Part shown: piece by piece, positions 24,764 through 37,672 of the stretch
Position numbering within the stretch: the first letter of the stretch is position 1
Layout: every line of letters starts with the position of its first letter
Assembly: GCA_963693365.1 (NCBI GenBank)
Contig: CAVNZM010000004.1
Span: 1,234,949-1,298,948, forward strand
Length of the DNA: 64,000 bases
Direction of reading: 5' to 3'
DNA from: Amoebidium appalachense
Taxonomy: Eukaryota; Protista; Ichthyosporea
Notes under the pieces: generated by a model
Told to the model about the DNA's origin: nothing
Databases searched by the model: none
The model's input: only the letters and a program-made list of their open reading frames with translations
Made by a program: the position numbers and the translations under genes

Positions 24764-26380
24764 TGTAAACAACTGTACACATGAACTGTACATGTTTACT
24801 AAAGAATGTGATCTACTAGCACACGATTCGTGCTTTGTCATGAATATCACATAAATATTATGTCCGCACCAATAGGACTCACTCTGACCTAAGAATTGAA
24901 CCATATATGGTTCTTCAGCTGCATACCACATAAACGAAGTGAACCAATAAGAGGTTTGCATAAATAGGACAAAGGTCTGACTGGCTCGGACCGCACCAGA
25001 ATCACGAATGGCATGTTGCCACCCGCGCTGGCCGCGGATGAACCAATCCTGGGCCTTGATCCGAAACCTGGGGGCTATATAAGAAAGCCGTCCCAGTACG
25101 GGGATCACATCAGTGACGTCTGAGACAGACTGAGTCGGCCCATAGTAAAAGCAACCTGGCCGCGTGTGCCTTTCTACCCGTTCTCTGTCTTTATTTTGAT
25201 TCAGTTGTACTCTGCCTTATCCTAACTAGTCCAACTGTTTACATTGGCGACCGCGCAGTTCAAGAATCTCGCATCCTTCGAATCTCACATCTTTCAATCA
25301 GTTCAAGAATCTCACATCTTTCAATCAGCTCAAGAATCTCCCATGGCCGATCACAATCCTTTTTACCCCGATGATAGGCACATCTTTCCTTGTCCGGCTT
25401 AGAATATATACACCTACAAGTTTGAAGTGGCCAGCCCACCTACACGGAAAGAATTGAAAGCATGTAAAACTTCTTTTGCTACGACACATCAAAAATGTGA
25501 AGAAAAACGAATACACAACGAAACAACGAATACACGAACAAGCGAATAAAGAATTGCTAACGAAGCAATGAACCAACGAAAAACGAACCATCACGAATAC
25601 GCAATGAAATAAAGAATTAACGACAAACGATTGCATAGAGGAAATACGAAATGAATGCAACACGAAAACAAAACGAAGTAACGAAGTTATCAAACGACAA
25701 AAAACGAAAAACGAAAGCAAAATGAACTGGAAATACGAAAATGAAAGGACGAATGCACAACACTGCTAGGGTTGCAATGCACACAGCCCCCTCTATGTTA
25801 GGAAGAAAATAAAACCGTTGCTCTTGCGTGCATTGCGCTATTGCACACTGTCATCGTGTCCATGCCACCGCATGCACCTCCACACTCGCAAGCCAGATGC
25901 ACGGCCACTTTCAGCACGAATGCATTTAAAGAAGAAGATAGTCGCTGTTCCTATAGCATTGAGGACATAAGGTGCTGTGAAAGTAGTTTTGCATGCATGC
26001 TTCGAATTTCTTGCTGTTTTCGAATACAGCATGCCCCATAGTTTAGCGCACAGGATGCACAACATGCGCATGAATGTATGCTGGCATGCCTAAACACATT
26101 ACGAACATATGCCTCATGTATGGCGGCCCTTCCTGGTGCCACGCCCTAACGAATTTGCACTCTTGGTGCACAAAAGGCATGTAATAAAGTCGATGCAGAA
26201 CTTTTGTTCATGCATGTGAAAAACAAAGAAGGTGTTGGGTACGAATTTTAAGGTGAATGCCCGTCTGTGGCAATACGGTGTAACATACCAATTACACTGT
26301 CAAGCCTTGCACTAGCTGCCGGCACACCCCCACCAGAACAAAAGAATGTGGTATGGGCACCGCTCCCTCACAACCCCATC
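24764..26380 (+). mobile_element. Truncated LTR retrotransposon, probably Gypsy-type: 480-bp LTR (24764-25243), PBS, ~1.1 kb internal 5' region
   Basis: TGTAAACA...TGTTTACA terminal inverted repeat, tatataa box, followed by ttggcgacc (TGG-type PBS); absent from duplication copy 2 at ...aaaacccgg. Confidence 0.8.
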
Positions 26381-26881
26381 ATATGGGCGCGTTGCGTGCG
26401 TTTTTAGGCTGAGTATATGTGTGTGTATTTGTGTGTATGTGTGGTGTGTATGAAGATGTGGGTGCCCGTCTCAACAGGGCGGAGGGGGAGGGGGGGGGGG
26501 GGTAGCATGTGTTGCAGAGTACACTTGCATTTTTATCTCCCTCTTTTAATCTTTGCCCAAGCTGCTCGAGAAAACTTGGAGAAAACACACACACATTCAC
26601 AGCCAACAGACAAGCACACGCACGCCGTGGTCCAAGACACACAAACACCCACACACGCATAATCTACACCATACGACAAACCGTTCACGCACGCACACAT
26701 GCAGGCACATACGCACGCACACACACATACACAACACACCCACACACCTCACACAACACAACAAGGCTGAGACAAGAATACACACACGCGCACATGCATG
26801 ACATTGTTAGACACATACACTGTGCTTAATACACGGCACCCTAACAAACACATGCACACACGCGCACGCTCGCGCGCGCGT

Positions 26882-26931
<50 letters not shown>

Positions 26932-27326
26932 ACACACACACATGCAAGCAAGCACGCACACACAAGCATGCATGCGGGACGCTGTGTGAAACAGGCAAAC
27001 ATACGCCGTCTTCGCGAGACGCAAACGCACACGCACACACGCACACACACGCACTCGTACACACACACACACGACTCAAACGCACACACCCGCACGCACA
27101 CACACACACACACACATTCACACATCCCTCCCTTCCCCCCCTCCCATCCTCCCCAACACACACACTTTCGTTGGTTTATTGGTTCAATGAGAGGAGGATG
27201 CATGGGCAAAGCCCTCCTGCCATTTCCCAAACCTAGACAAAAACTCTCTAACAACTGCCACACTCTATTCGGTTGTGTAAAACAAACATGCTGCATCCAG
27301 TCTCTGTGACGGTAAACTTCAAACAA

Positions 27327-27581
27327 CTAAATTGTATAGTTTCTATACAATTCAAATACAAATATGATATTAGAATATTCTTGCAATGGCCCATTGTCGA
27401 ATACCTCTTTTAATGCATTATTTCGGTCACTGAGCCGAAAGGAATTAATAAATAGTCTTCCAACAGAAAGCCTACCGAAACACAAGTCATGCGCATATAG
27501 TAAGAAATTTACAATATGCCCCCCCCCGACTTTTTTCATTTTAGCGCCGCTGAGATCCAAAATGTCTACCAATGCAGCCAT
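27327..27581 (-). pseudogene. Degenerate non-LTR RT relic
   Basis: IVNFLLYAHDL resembles the LLYADDL catalytic motif; paralog at 61828-62082. Confidence 0.5.
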
Positions 27582-27753
27582 ACCTTATGAAAGCAGTCGT
27601 ATGACTCCCTCCCTCCCTCCCCCCCTCCTCCCCCCCCCCCCCCCCAAAAAAAAAAAAAAAAAAAAAAAAAGTAAAAATCAAGCCCTGAACGTTAACACCA
27701 CCACCACACGATGATGCCCTTCAACTCACCCCTCCTTAGTCACATCATCTTCT

Positions 27754-27784
<31 letters not shown>

Positions 27785-28916
27785 TTTTTTTGGGGGGGGG
27801 GGGGGGGGGGGGGAGGGGAGGGGGAGGGGGGGGGGGAGGGGGAGGGGGGGAGAGGAGGGGAGGGGGGGGGGGGGAGAGGAGGGGGGGAGGGGAGGGGAGG
27901 GGGGGGGGGTAATCGGAGGGAAGGGTGGGTGAAGGAACAGGGGGAGAGGAGGGGAAAGGTGATAGGAGGGGGGGGGGGGGGGGGGTTCTAACTGTGCGTT
28001 TTGTGCATTCGTGTGTGTGTCATTCGTGTGTGTGTCATTCGTGTGTGTGTGTGCGTGCATGTATTGGTGAGTAGGTTCAAGTGGTGTGACTGTATGTGTG
28101 TGTGTTTGCAGTCATCATGGACGTACGCCGTGCACGTATAAAAATTGCACAGAGCACAAACACACTCATGAAGTGTGAGCACCAGTCCACATTTCCTCGG
28201 CTTTCATCGACATACTTTCCCAGACACGTGGGCGCTACCAAACTTCTCTGAAAAGACCAAATATACACGGCCTCCCCCCAACCGCCAGGGAGGGAGAGAG
28301 GGAGAGGGGGGAGGAAGGGAGGGAGGGAGGGCAGGAGGAAGAGAGGGATGGAGGGAGGGAGAAGGGAGCGCCGCGGAGGGAGGGAGGGAATATGAAGGGA
28401 GGGAGGAAAGGGAGGGTAGTCGGCATAGTTTATGTTTAAGACTACGACGGTATCTGATACTCCTTTTCTCCTCTCCCATATACTTTCCTAAATATTTCTC
28501 TACCTTTCGTTTTCTCTTCTCTTATACATATTTATTCTTGGTGGGTGGGTGTTTTTTTTTTCACCGACGGCCGTCAAGGGGGGGCCCAGCGAGCTTGAAA
28601 ATTCGCATATCTACATGGTCGGGATAAACCAAACCATGGATATATGCACACGCACACACACACACACACACAACAGACAAGAACACACACACTCACGCAC
28701 ACATGCATGTTAGCCTACACTTACAAACACACTCACACACAAACACACGCACACACGCGCACGCTCGCGCATACACACACACACACACGTACATACTCAA
28801 GCTGTGCACACACACAAGCATGCATGCAAGGCGCTGTGTGAAACACGCCAGCGTGACACGCGGTCCCTACCCGTGCGAGCGCGCACAGGCACCCGCACAC
28901 ACGCACACACACACTG

Positions 28917-28971
<55 letters not shown>

Positions 28972-28980
28972 AACACACAC

Positions 28981-29035
<55 letters not shown>

Positions 29036-29570
29036 CTTCCCTCCGCCCCCCTCCCCCCCCTCCCCCCCCCCGTCCCCCCCCCCCCCCCTCCCCCCTGCCC
29101 CCCCCTCCCCCCCCCCCATTCTCCCCAACACATACACACACGCACACACACTGGCACACACCTTGAGAGGAGACCAGTCGAGAGAATAGTGCAGGCTAAG
29201 TTGATAGTGACTAATACGTGACGACTCAGTTGCAATTGGTCATGGCCGTGGTAGGTATTGCCAGCGGGTGTGGGCCCAGGAAAGTTTCAAACTTTCAGCA
29301 AGTTGGGCCCGCATCTGCTACCTTTGGAGGTAGCTCTTATTTTTCAAGGCTGACAAAACTTTCCTTCGGAAGCGACTGATCACCGGTACCGTGGCCAACT
29401 CATAACCCTCGCCAGATCTGTAGACTTGATGATGTGTATATACGGCGGGTGAGGCCACAGTAGCACGTGGGAGGGCCGGCATGCGCAGCATGCAGTGCCA
29501 AAGCTTATGTCACACTGTCAGAACATGTACATCCATGTACTCATCAGTCTGAATGTGGTGCCGTTTTTTA

Positions 29571-29665
29571 CAGTTTACATCCAATTTAGGGGTTGCCGGG
29601 TGGGGGTTGGGGTGGGGAAGGGTTGTGGGGAGGAGGAAGGGGGACCGGGCGGGGGGGGGGGCGGG

Positions 29666-29712
<47 letters not shown>

Positions 29713-30203
29713 CCATTCCGGTAAGGAGGGAAGAAGCAAAAAAAAAAAAAGGATCATAGTGAAAGGAAGTTCATGTGTGCCCTCCGGGGGTTGGGTTGGG
29801 GGGGGGGGGGGAGGGAGGGAGAAGGAGGTATTTTGGGGGGAACTTCGGGGGGGGGGGGGGGGGGGGGGGAGAGCGGGGCCGGCATGACATGAACATCTCA
29901 TTGCAGCCCTGGTGTGGGGGGAGTTGAGCGGACCACGTTCTTTGGCATGCGTACTGCTACTCGCAACGTGGCACTTCTTGTAACTACACAGCTTTAAGGC
30001 CGGAAAGTGGCCAAGGCCTAATAATATTCTGCCTTGTGTGAAACAGGGTCAAGGTACCTCCCCCCCCCCCCCTTTCCCCCAAAAATACCTCCCTCAGCCC
30101 CCCCCCCCCCCCATCCCCCATCCCCCGGAGGGCACACATGAACTTCCTTTCACTATAATTATTTTTTTTTTTTGCTTCTTCCCTCCTTACCGGAATGGTA
30201 TAC

Positions 30204-30254
<51 letters not shown>

Positions 30255-30344
30255 AAACCCGCCCGCCCGGTCCCCCTTCCTCCTCCCCACAACCCTTCCC
30301 CACCCCAACCCCCACCCGGCAACCCCTAAATTGGATGTAAACTG
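29571..30344. mobile_element. Foldback/MITE-like element with ~290-300-bp inverted arms
   Basis: cagtttacatccaatttaggggttgccggg... is the reverse complement of ...cccggcaacccctaaattggatgtaaactg; flanked by TA; ~190-bp spacer. Confidence 0.8.
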
Positions 30345-30580
30345 TAAAAAAACAAAATATTAATGACGGTCTTTGGCGCAGTTGCTGTCGAATGTGCATA
30401 TTCGACCTCGCAGTATACAACGTGAACTTTCTTTTATTTTTTATTTCATTATTAATATTTTTCTTTTTTGGGGGGGGAGGGGGGGGGGGTTGTGTGGAGT
30501 GTAGAAATAGGACGGAAGCAGTGGATAAAAACCCACACGTATCTCCTCCATCTAGCCCTTTTTTTTTGTTCCCTTTTTTT

Positions 30581-30648
<68 letters not shown>

Positions 30649-31038
30649 AGTCGGGCAGATTGTGCTGAACCAGCCAATGAAAGCGTCACCGGTTTGTTGA
30701 AACGTTTTATAGGTGGGTGGAGAAGGGGTTTTGAGTCAATAGACCATGTGGTGACTTTTGATGTTGGAAGGGGGGCAGTCGAAGGATGGGGGGGGGGGGG
30801 GGGGGGGGGGGGGGAGGATGCAATGCAATATGTATGCAGTTGCGAGATGGATGTAATTGGTAGCGCTGTCGTTTTAAATGCCTAGTTACGACAATCTTTT
30901 TATTCCTCCATGCATTTGGATTTCCGTTCCATCTGAGCATGCACATGATTTATTGCAATCGGCCCTCATTTCAGACTGTTTCTATTCGTGGGTTTTATGT
31001 GTTTCTATTCTTGGGTTTTTGATGATGATATTGTTATG

Positions 31039-31233
31039 GGGGTTTACGCTGTTTACTCGAGGCAAAGAGAACCAGTCTCAGGTATGGGGGGGGGGGTTTT
31101 GCTCGGAATATCCCCTCAGCGGTATATCATGATCACGTACATAGATGTCGGGTGGTGACTATATATCAGGGTTTACTTTCTCTACGAGACACCATAAAGA
31201 CTACAAGGAGAAATCAATTAGTTGGGGTTCCCC

Positions 31234-31266
<33 letters not shown>

Positions 31267-31298
31267 GGGCTCCCCTCGGGACACTCGGTATCAGCTGG

Positions 31299-31349
<51 letters not shown>

Positions 31350-32616
31350 TGTGTGTGTGTGCGCGTGCGCTATAATTTTGTAGTGATGTGTTTCTCAAGC
31401 CAATCAATACATCTAATAAACAGGTCGTAGTTACGCGTGTTTAGTATAAAATCAAGGATGTTGTAATTTACAGGTAGGCTATCTTTATGGGTGTCTGTTG
31501 TGAATGTGACGTGTGTGTGTTGCGGTATTATGTGGTCTATCAAACTACATTTGGCGATACATGACCGGTTAAACTGGTGTGTGTGTGTGTTGTTTGGGCA
31601 TGCAAATGATGCCACCTTATACTTATTAGATCTCCACTGTATAGCACGTGTACAGTAAAAGCGTGGTAATTGATCAATAATACCATCAGCTAGAGAAAGA
31701 CCAGTTCTACAGGAAGGTAATATGTATTTAGGTGTTATACACTTGCGAGTGCCATATTTGGCAATATGGTTGAGGCGGTCAGTATATATAAAACGAGACA
31801 TAAGGCTTAGTTTTTCAAGGTGTATGCTTTCATCGGGTCTAGTGTCGTGTGGTATCTTTTTCCATTTGTTATATTGCGTGATTATCTTGTGATTGTGTAC
31901 ATGTTTAACAAGTAAGTGGCAGTCCAAAGTCACACACACACTATTGCGGGGTTTATTTGCATTTGTGCCCAGGGGAGAAGGGGAGAGAGAGGGGAGGAAA
32001 GAGGGGAGAGGTGAGGAGGGGACAGGTCGGATAGAGAAGAGAGGGTGGGAGGGCAAATACTTCTTTAAGCGGCTTATGTGCTTATTGAATTTCAGCCCGA
32101 GATAGGATACTCTAGCAGCTATTGGGACCAGACCATATATCGAGAGCGTTACAGGCCCAGGTTTACAACAGTTGTTAGATAGAAAGGAGGCAACTTCTGC
32201 TTCAAGGAAATTTGCCAAGGGTTTAAGCGCTCTAGTTCTCTCTTTCTTGATCCAAGCGGCGAGAAGGGGTAAACCATATTCACATGCCGGGAAGACAAAA
32301 GTGCGAATAAATGTAAGTCTAATAGAAGGATGGAGGGGTGTGTCTTTAAAAATATTAGCCGAGAAGAAAGCTAACCGCTTACGAGCCAACTCTACCCTCT
32401 TTTCGACCATATGGGGAAACATAACACCAACAGAATCAACCGGAACACCAAGATATTTGTATTCTGGAACTATAGGTACAGGTTTAGATGATAATGTAAA
32501 TGTGTGTAAATTGTTAGCTATATCAGGTACAAGAACACCACATTTGTCTATGTTAAGGATCATAAGGTTTGCCTTGCACCACTCTGACACTACATCGAAC
32601 AATCTTTGCAGGCGTC
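31039..32616 (-). mobile_element. Third 5'-truncated minus-strand LINE-like copy (410-aa C-terminal ORF 31370-32602)
   Basis: Near-identical to the + copy from ~7043 onward, plus the shared C-terminus and 3' UTR; truncated just downstream of YADD. Confidence 0.94.
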
Positions 32617-32632
32617 CTTTTTTTTTTTTTTT

Positions 32633-32663
<31 letters not shown>

Positions 32664-32974
32664 GGGGGGAGGGGGGGTCTTCACAGCTGGCTTGTCATTA
32701 CATATTTATATTAGGATTCGGGAAAGGGTATTTGAGCTTTATTTGGCATTATATAGACAAATGTCGGGCAGTACAAGTAGTGCAACATATTGAGAAGTTG
32801 GGCATATAAGTGTGTGATAATTGGCCGTTTCGTGTCGCGGAGGTTCCTAGGATACATGGAACCTGTGCGCACATGTACACAAAATAATAAAATGGAATCA
32901 GGTGGTGTCTCTTCCAGGAAACCCCCCCCCCCTCCCCCCCCCCCCAAAAAACCTTCCCCCCCCCCCCTCCAATT

Positions 32975-33010
<36 letters not shown>

Positions 33011-33075
33011 GCACACACACACACACACATACACACGAGCTTGCGCGCGCATTTTTTTTTTTTTTTTTTTCCCTC

Positions 33076-33107
<32 letters not shown>

Positions 33108-33526
33108 TATGGGTGTTGCTCTTTACGGGTGTTCTCCATATTTTTATTTTATTATTTTTTTTTTGTGGAGGTGATTGCATGTGTGTGCGAGTGTTTGTGT
33201 GTTTGGCTCCCGGGGGGGGGGGGGGGGGGGGGGGTTCTGCAGTACGCTTGCAGTCAACCAACATTTATTTACCTCCGAATGTTCCAAATCAATATGGTAA
33301 TGGTCATTCCAGTGGTGGCGGAACCGTCATGATGCTCACTCATACTTTCCGGAGTCAATCACGCCCTGGAAGAAGTTTCCAGGTGGCACAGGACCTACAT
33401 AAAAACAAAGGAGGAGAGAGCTCGAGAGAAAGGGAGGGAGGGAGGGAGGGAGGGAGGGAGGGAGGGAGGGAGGGAGAGAGAGAGAGAGAGCGAGAGAGGG
33501 TGGGAGGGTGGGAGGGAAAGAGAGAG

Positions 33527-33579
<53 letters not shown>

Positions 33580-33738
33580 TGCGTGCGTGTGCGTGTGCGT
33601 GTGCATGGTGTGCGTGCGTGCGCATGTGTGTGTGTGTGTGTGTGTGTGAAGATATATATATGAGAGAGAGAGAGAGAGAGATTGAGAGAGAGAGAGAAAG
33701 AGAAAGCCCCGGGCTAGAAAGAGGAGACAGAGAGAGAA

Positions 33739-33769
<31 letters not shown>

Positions 33770-34116
33770 CGGAGGGGGGCCGGGAGAGAAAGGATGAACT
33801 CTGATACATCAACCAGAGAAGCATTCTAATCTTTAGACTAAAACAAGGAGGACTGAAAAACTTAAAGAGGTCAGAGTGAGAAAAGTATGTGTCGTGTGTG
33901 TGCCTATGTGTTCAAGTGTGTGGTGTTTGCGTGCCTCATTGTGTGCTTGTGCGTGTGTGCACGTGTGTGTACATTGAGTAACCAGGCGTGCCCGTGACAT
34001 GATGTTGCATAAATGGCTCTTGAGATGAGCCCAAGTTGGGTAGCAGTGAGGTGTCTGTATATGAGTAAGTGTGAATGTGAGAGTGTGAGTGTTTTTGTGT
34101 ACGTGTGAGTTTGCGG

Positions 34117-34158
<42 letters not shown>

Positions 34159-34244
34159 GGGGGGGGGGCAGGAAGGGGGGAGGGAGGGAGGGAGGGGGGA
34201 GGGCGCGCGTGAGCATGTGTGCGTACGTGTGCGTACGTGTGCGT

Positions 34245-34352
<108 letters not shown>

Positions 34353-34547
34353 CACTGTGTGTGTGTGTGTGTGCAAATGCATAACCGTTAACAATTTGGG
34401 TTGGTAGGTTTGCAAGGCATGTAGCGCATTGGGCACGGGGAGAGGGGGGATAGGGGTGGGAGCGGGAGCATGGCTGGAAAATCAGTCTGAATATTCATCA
34501 ATGGGGGGTGTTCAAATTGCCAGGTGAGGCGGTGTGTGTGTGTGTGC

Positions 34548-34614
<67 letters not shown>

Positions 34615-34636
34615 CATGTGTGTGCGTGTGCGCTCG

Positions 34637-34668
<32 letters not shown>

Positions 34669-34689
34669 TGTGTGTGTGCGCGCGTGTGA

Positions 34690-34768
<79 letters not shown>

Positions 34769-35738
34769 ACGCCCCAGTGTGTGCATGTGTGCATTGGGGG
34801 AAAAGGGGGGGGGGGGGGGGGGGGGCAGTGTATGTGAGGTGAAACATCATCAATTTAGCTGAAACAATGCTTTCGTAACAAACTCAAGCTGTTGGTAGTG
34901 TGTGACAGATGCACTGAGGGTTGAGTTACACTCACCATTGGCCAGCATCGAGTCGACAATCGTCTGTGCGACAATGCTCTCGACCACCGTCCACTTGCCG
35001 GTGCGAAGAAGTTACTGTGGTTCACCAACGGTAATAAGGAAGTCACTTCTCCGGACACACGGAGGTGTGCCCCTAGGTGCCTGATTTCTAAGCTCTTGCT
35101 GGGCTGCCGCTGTTGTCCGTACGTTGTAGCTTCCAGGGTCGCTGGATGTGCCGGCCTCGCGGGTTTACAGCTGAGGCACAAATACTCAGGCACTGCAACA
35201 GCCGACACCTTTCCTCACACACGAGGAACGTGAACCGGGCGTGCAATATTGGAGTCGGCACCGTCTCGTTTGGCGAAGTTCTATCCACGCATACATGTCG
35301 ACCCTGGGGGAAGGGGGCGAGGGAGAGGTGGTTGTGTGTGTGTGTGTGTGTGTGTTTGTGTTTTTGTATGTTTGTTTTGTGTGTGGGTGTGTTTGTGTGT
35401 CGCAGGGCCGGTTGGGCGTGTGAGGGGTCCGGTATGTGTGTGTGTGTGTTGTGTGTGTGGGGGGGGAGGGGGGGGAGGGAGAGAAGGGGGTTTACAAACT
35501 ACACAGCAAACGACAGCAAACGACGGTTCACACTGAGGCACTACAGTTTGTTTGTAATGTTTGAGCATAGAAAAGAGTATGCATGATTATATCCTTGATT
35601 AGCAAAGCCCAATACGAAATTTTGGAGGAGGGGGGGGGGGGGGGGGGGCTGCAAGTCGGAGATGTGTGTGTGTGTGTGTGGGGTGTGTGTGTGTGTGTGT
35701 GTGTGTCTGTGTGTGTTTGCGTGCGTGTGTAGTGTGTG

Positions 35739-35790
<52 letters not shown>

Positions 35791-35829
35791 TGTGTGGGAG
35801 AGGGGGGGGAGGGGGGGACCTGCAAGTTG

Positions 35830-35878
<49 letters not shown>

Positions 35879-36007
35879 ATGTGTGTGTGTGTGTGTGGTG
35901 TATGCGTGTGTGTATGCGTGTGCGTATGCGCGTGTGTAGTGTTTGTGTGTATGCCCCCCTCCCCCCCTCCCCCCCCCCCTCCCCCCCCCCCCCCCCCCCC
36001 CCCCCGA

Positions 36008-36268
36008 CCACACTTCTTTCGGCACTTCCCCCAGCCCCCTCCGCCCTCCCCCCCACCTCCCCCCCCCCCCGACTATTTCACCCGTGCTCCCCTCAAACAC
36101 ACTTCCGCAGGCACTTCCCCAGCCCCCCCCCCCCCCCTCCCCCCTTTTTGAAACAACTTCCTGAGCCACTTCTCCAGAGCCCCCCCCCCCCCCCCCCCTT
36201 GAAACAATTTCCTGAGCCACTTCCCCAGCAGCCGCCTACCCCCCCCCCCCCCCCCCCACCGCCCCCTC

Positions 36269-36304
<36 letters not shown>

Positions 36305-36900
36305 TGCCCTCCCCCCCCCCCCCCTTTGAACCAACTTCCTGAGCCACTTCCCCAGCAGCCGCCACCCTCCTCCCCCCCCCAACCCCCCTCCCCGCCCCCC
36401 CTCCCACCCCCCTCCCCCCGCCACCCCCCATGAACCAAGTTCCTCAGCCACTTCCCCAGAGCCCCCTCCCCCCTCCCCCCCCTCCCCCCGGGAACCAGAT
36501 TCCTGAGCCACTTCCCCAGCAGCTCCGCCCCCTTCTCCCCCTCACCCCTCCCCCTTTTTCCAACTTTCTGAGCCACGTCCCCAGCAGCCCCCCCTCCCCC
36601 CCCTCCCCCCCGCCCCCCCCCCCCCCCCCCCCCTCTTGCCCCCCTCCCCTTCCTCCTCTCCCCTCCCCTCCTCGAATCAACTTCCTGAGCCCCCTCCCCA
36701 GCAGCTTCTTCCCCCCCCCCCCCCCCCCCCCCCCCCTTGAACCAACTTTCTAAGCCCCTCCCCCCCCCCCCCTCCCCCCGTCGCCGCCCCCACCCTCCCC
36801 CCCCCCCCCCCCCCCCCGAACCAACTTACTGAGCCACTTCTCCAGCAGCCCCCCTTCACCCCTCCCATTGCCCCTGCTCCCAGCCCCCACTGTCCGCAGC

Positions 36901-36932
<32 letters not shown>

Positions 36933-37165
36933 CCCGGCCTGAACCAGCTTTCCTGAGCCACTTCCCCCCCCGTCCCCCCCCCCCCCCCCCGCCCCCCACT
37001 CCCAAACCAACTTCCCGAGCCACTCCCCCCCCCCCTCCCCCCCCCCCCCCCCCCCCTCCCCTGTTCCCCGGCCTGAACCAGCTTTCCTGAGCCACTTCCC
37101 CCCCGTCCCCCCCCCCCCCCCCTCCCCCCGCCCCCCACTCCCAAACCAACTTCCCGAGCCACTCC
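36008..37165 (+). repeat. Minisatellite: ~15 copies of gaaccaacttcctgagccacttcccc(agcagc) separated by variable poly-C-rich spacers
   Basis: Motif recurs at about 36150, 36201, 36328, 36432, 36492, 36560, 36674, 36740, 36818, 36941, 37003, 37075 and 37143, with two degenerate copies upstream. Confidence 0.88.
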
Positions 37166-37485
37166 CTCACTCCCCCCCCCCCCCCCCCCTAGGAAGCTCG
37201 CGCATAAGGTAGGCTAGGCATACCTGGAAGCCGAACTCGCTGGTTCAAAGCTCAGAAACAGCCAGCGCCCATTCCATATTAGGCCGCAGGTGTGGCCGCC
37301 CACCAAATGCTTTTTGGCCAAGCAGCCCCATCTTCAAATGGTAGCCTCTAGTAAGCCAGTGGGTGGAGTACATCGCTGCACCTGCAAGCGCTTGCAATAT
37401 TTGTGGCTAGCTCTCCGCGTGTTGGCCCGCCGCGGTCTGTGCTTTCAAAGTTCTTTTTTCGGGGCCAGCACTGGATACAATACGC

Positions 37486-37524
37486 GGCCTCCTAAATAGC
37501 AATAGGTGTGCTATTTAGGAGGCC
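37486..37524. other. Perfect 16-bp stem-loop
   Basis: ggcctcctaaatagca-ataggtg-tgctatttaggaggcc. Confidence 0.85.
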
Positions 37525-37672
37525 TTGATACAATAGTATACCCTCGGGCCGGCGAATCAGGAAGTTGTGGCTGGCTCGGGAAGTAGCCGAGCCGGTTCGG
37601 GAAGTAACCGGCCCGTTTCGTGCGTTTTTGGGTCAGGAAGTGCATTCCGGGAATCGAATCAAGTTAAGTAAC

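Larger units (their letters stand above)
11763..28353 (+). repeat. Segmental duplication copy 1 (paralog of ~39061-62791)
   Basis: Colinear, highly similar sequence from cgagtgtgtagtgcgtctattattcacg to ...gagggatggag, including the gene, the TIR element and LINE relics. Confidence 0.93.

Noticed and set aside
36008-37165. CRISPR array
   Set aside because: Repeats are degenerate, spacers are poly-C of variable length, there are no cas genes and the context is eukaryotic
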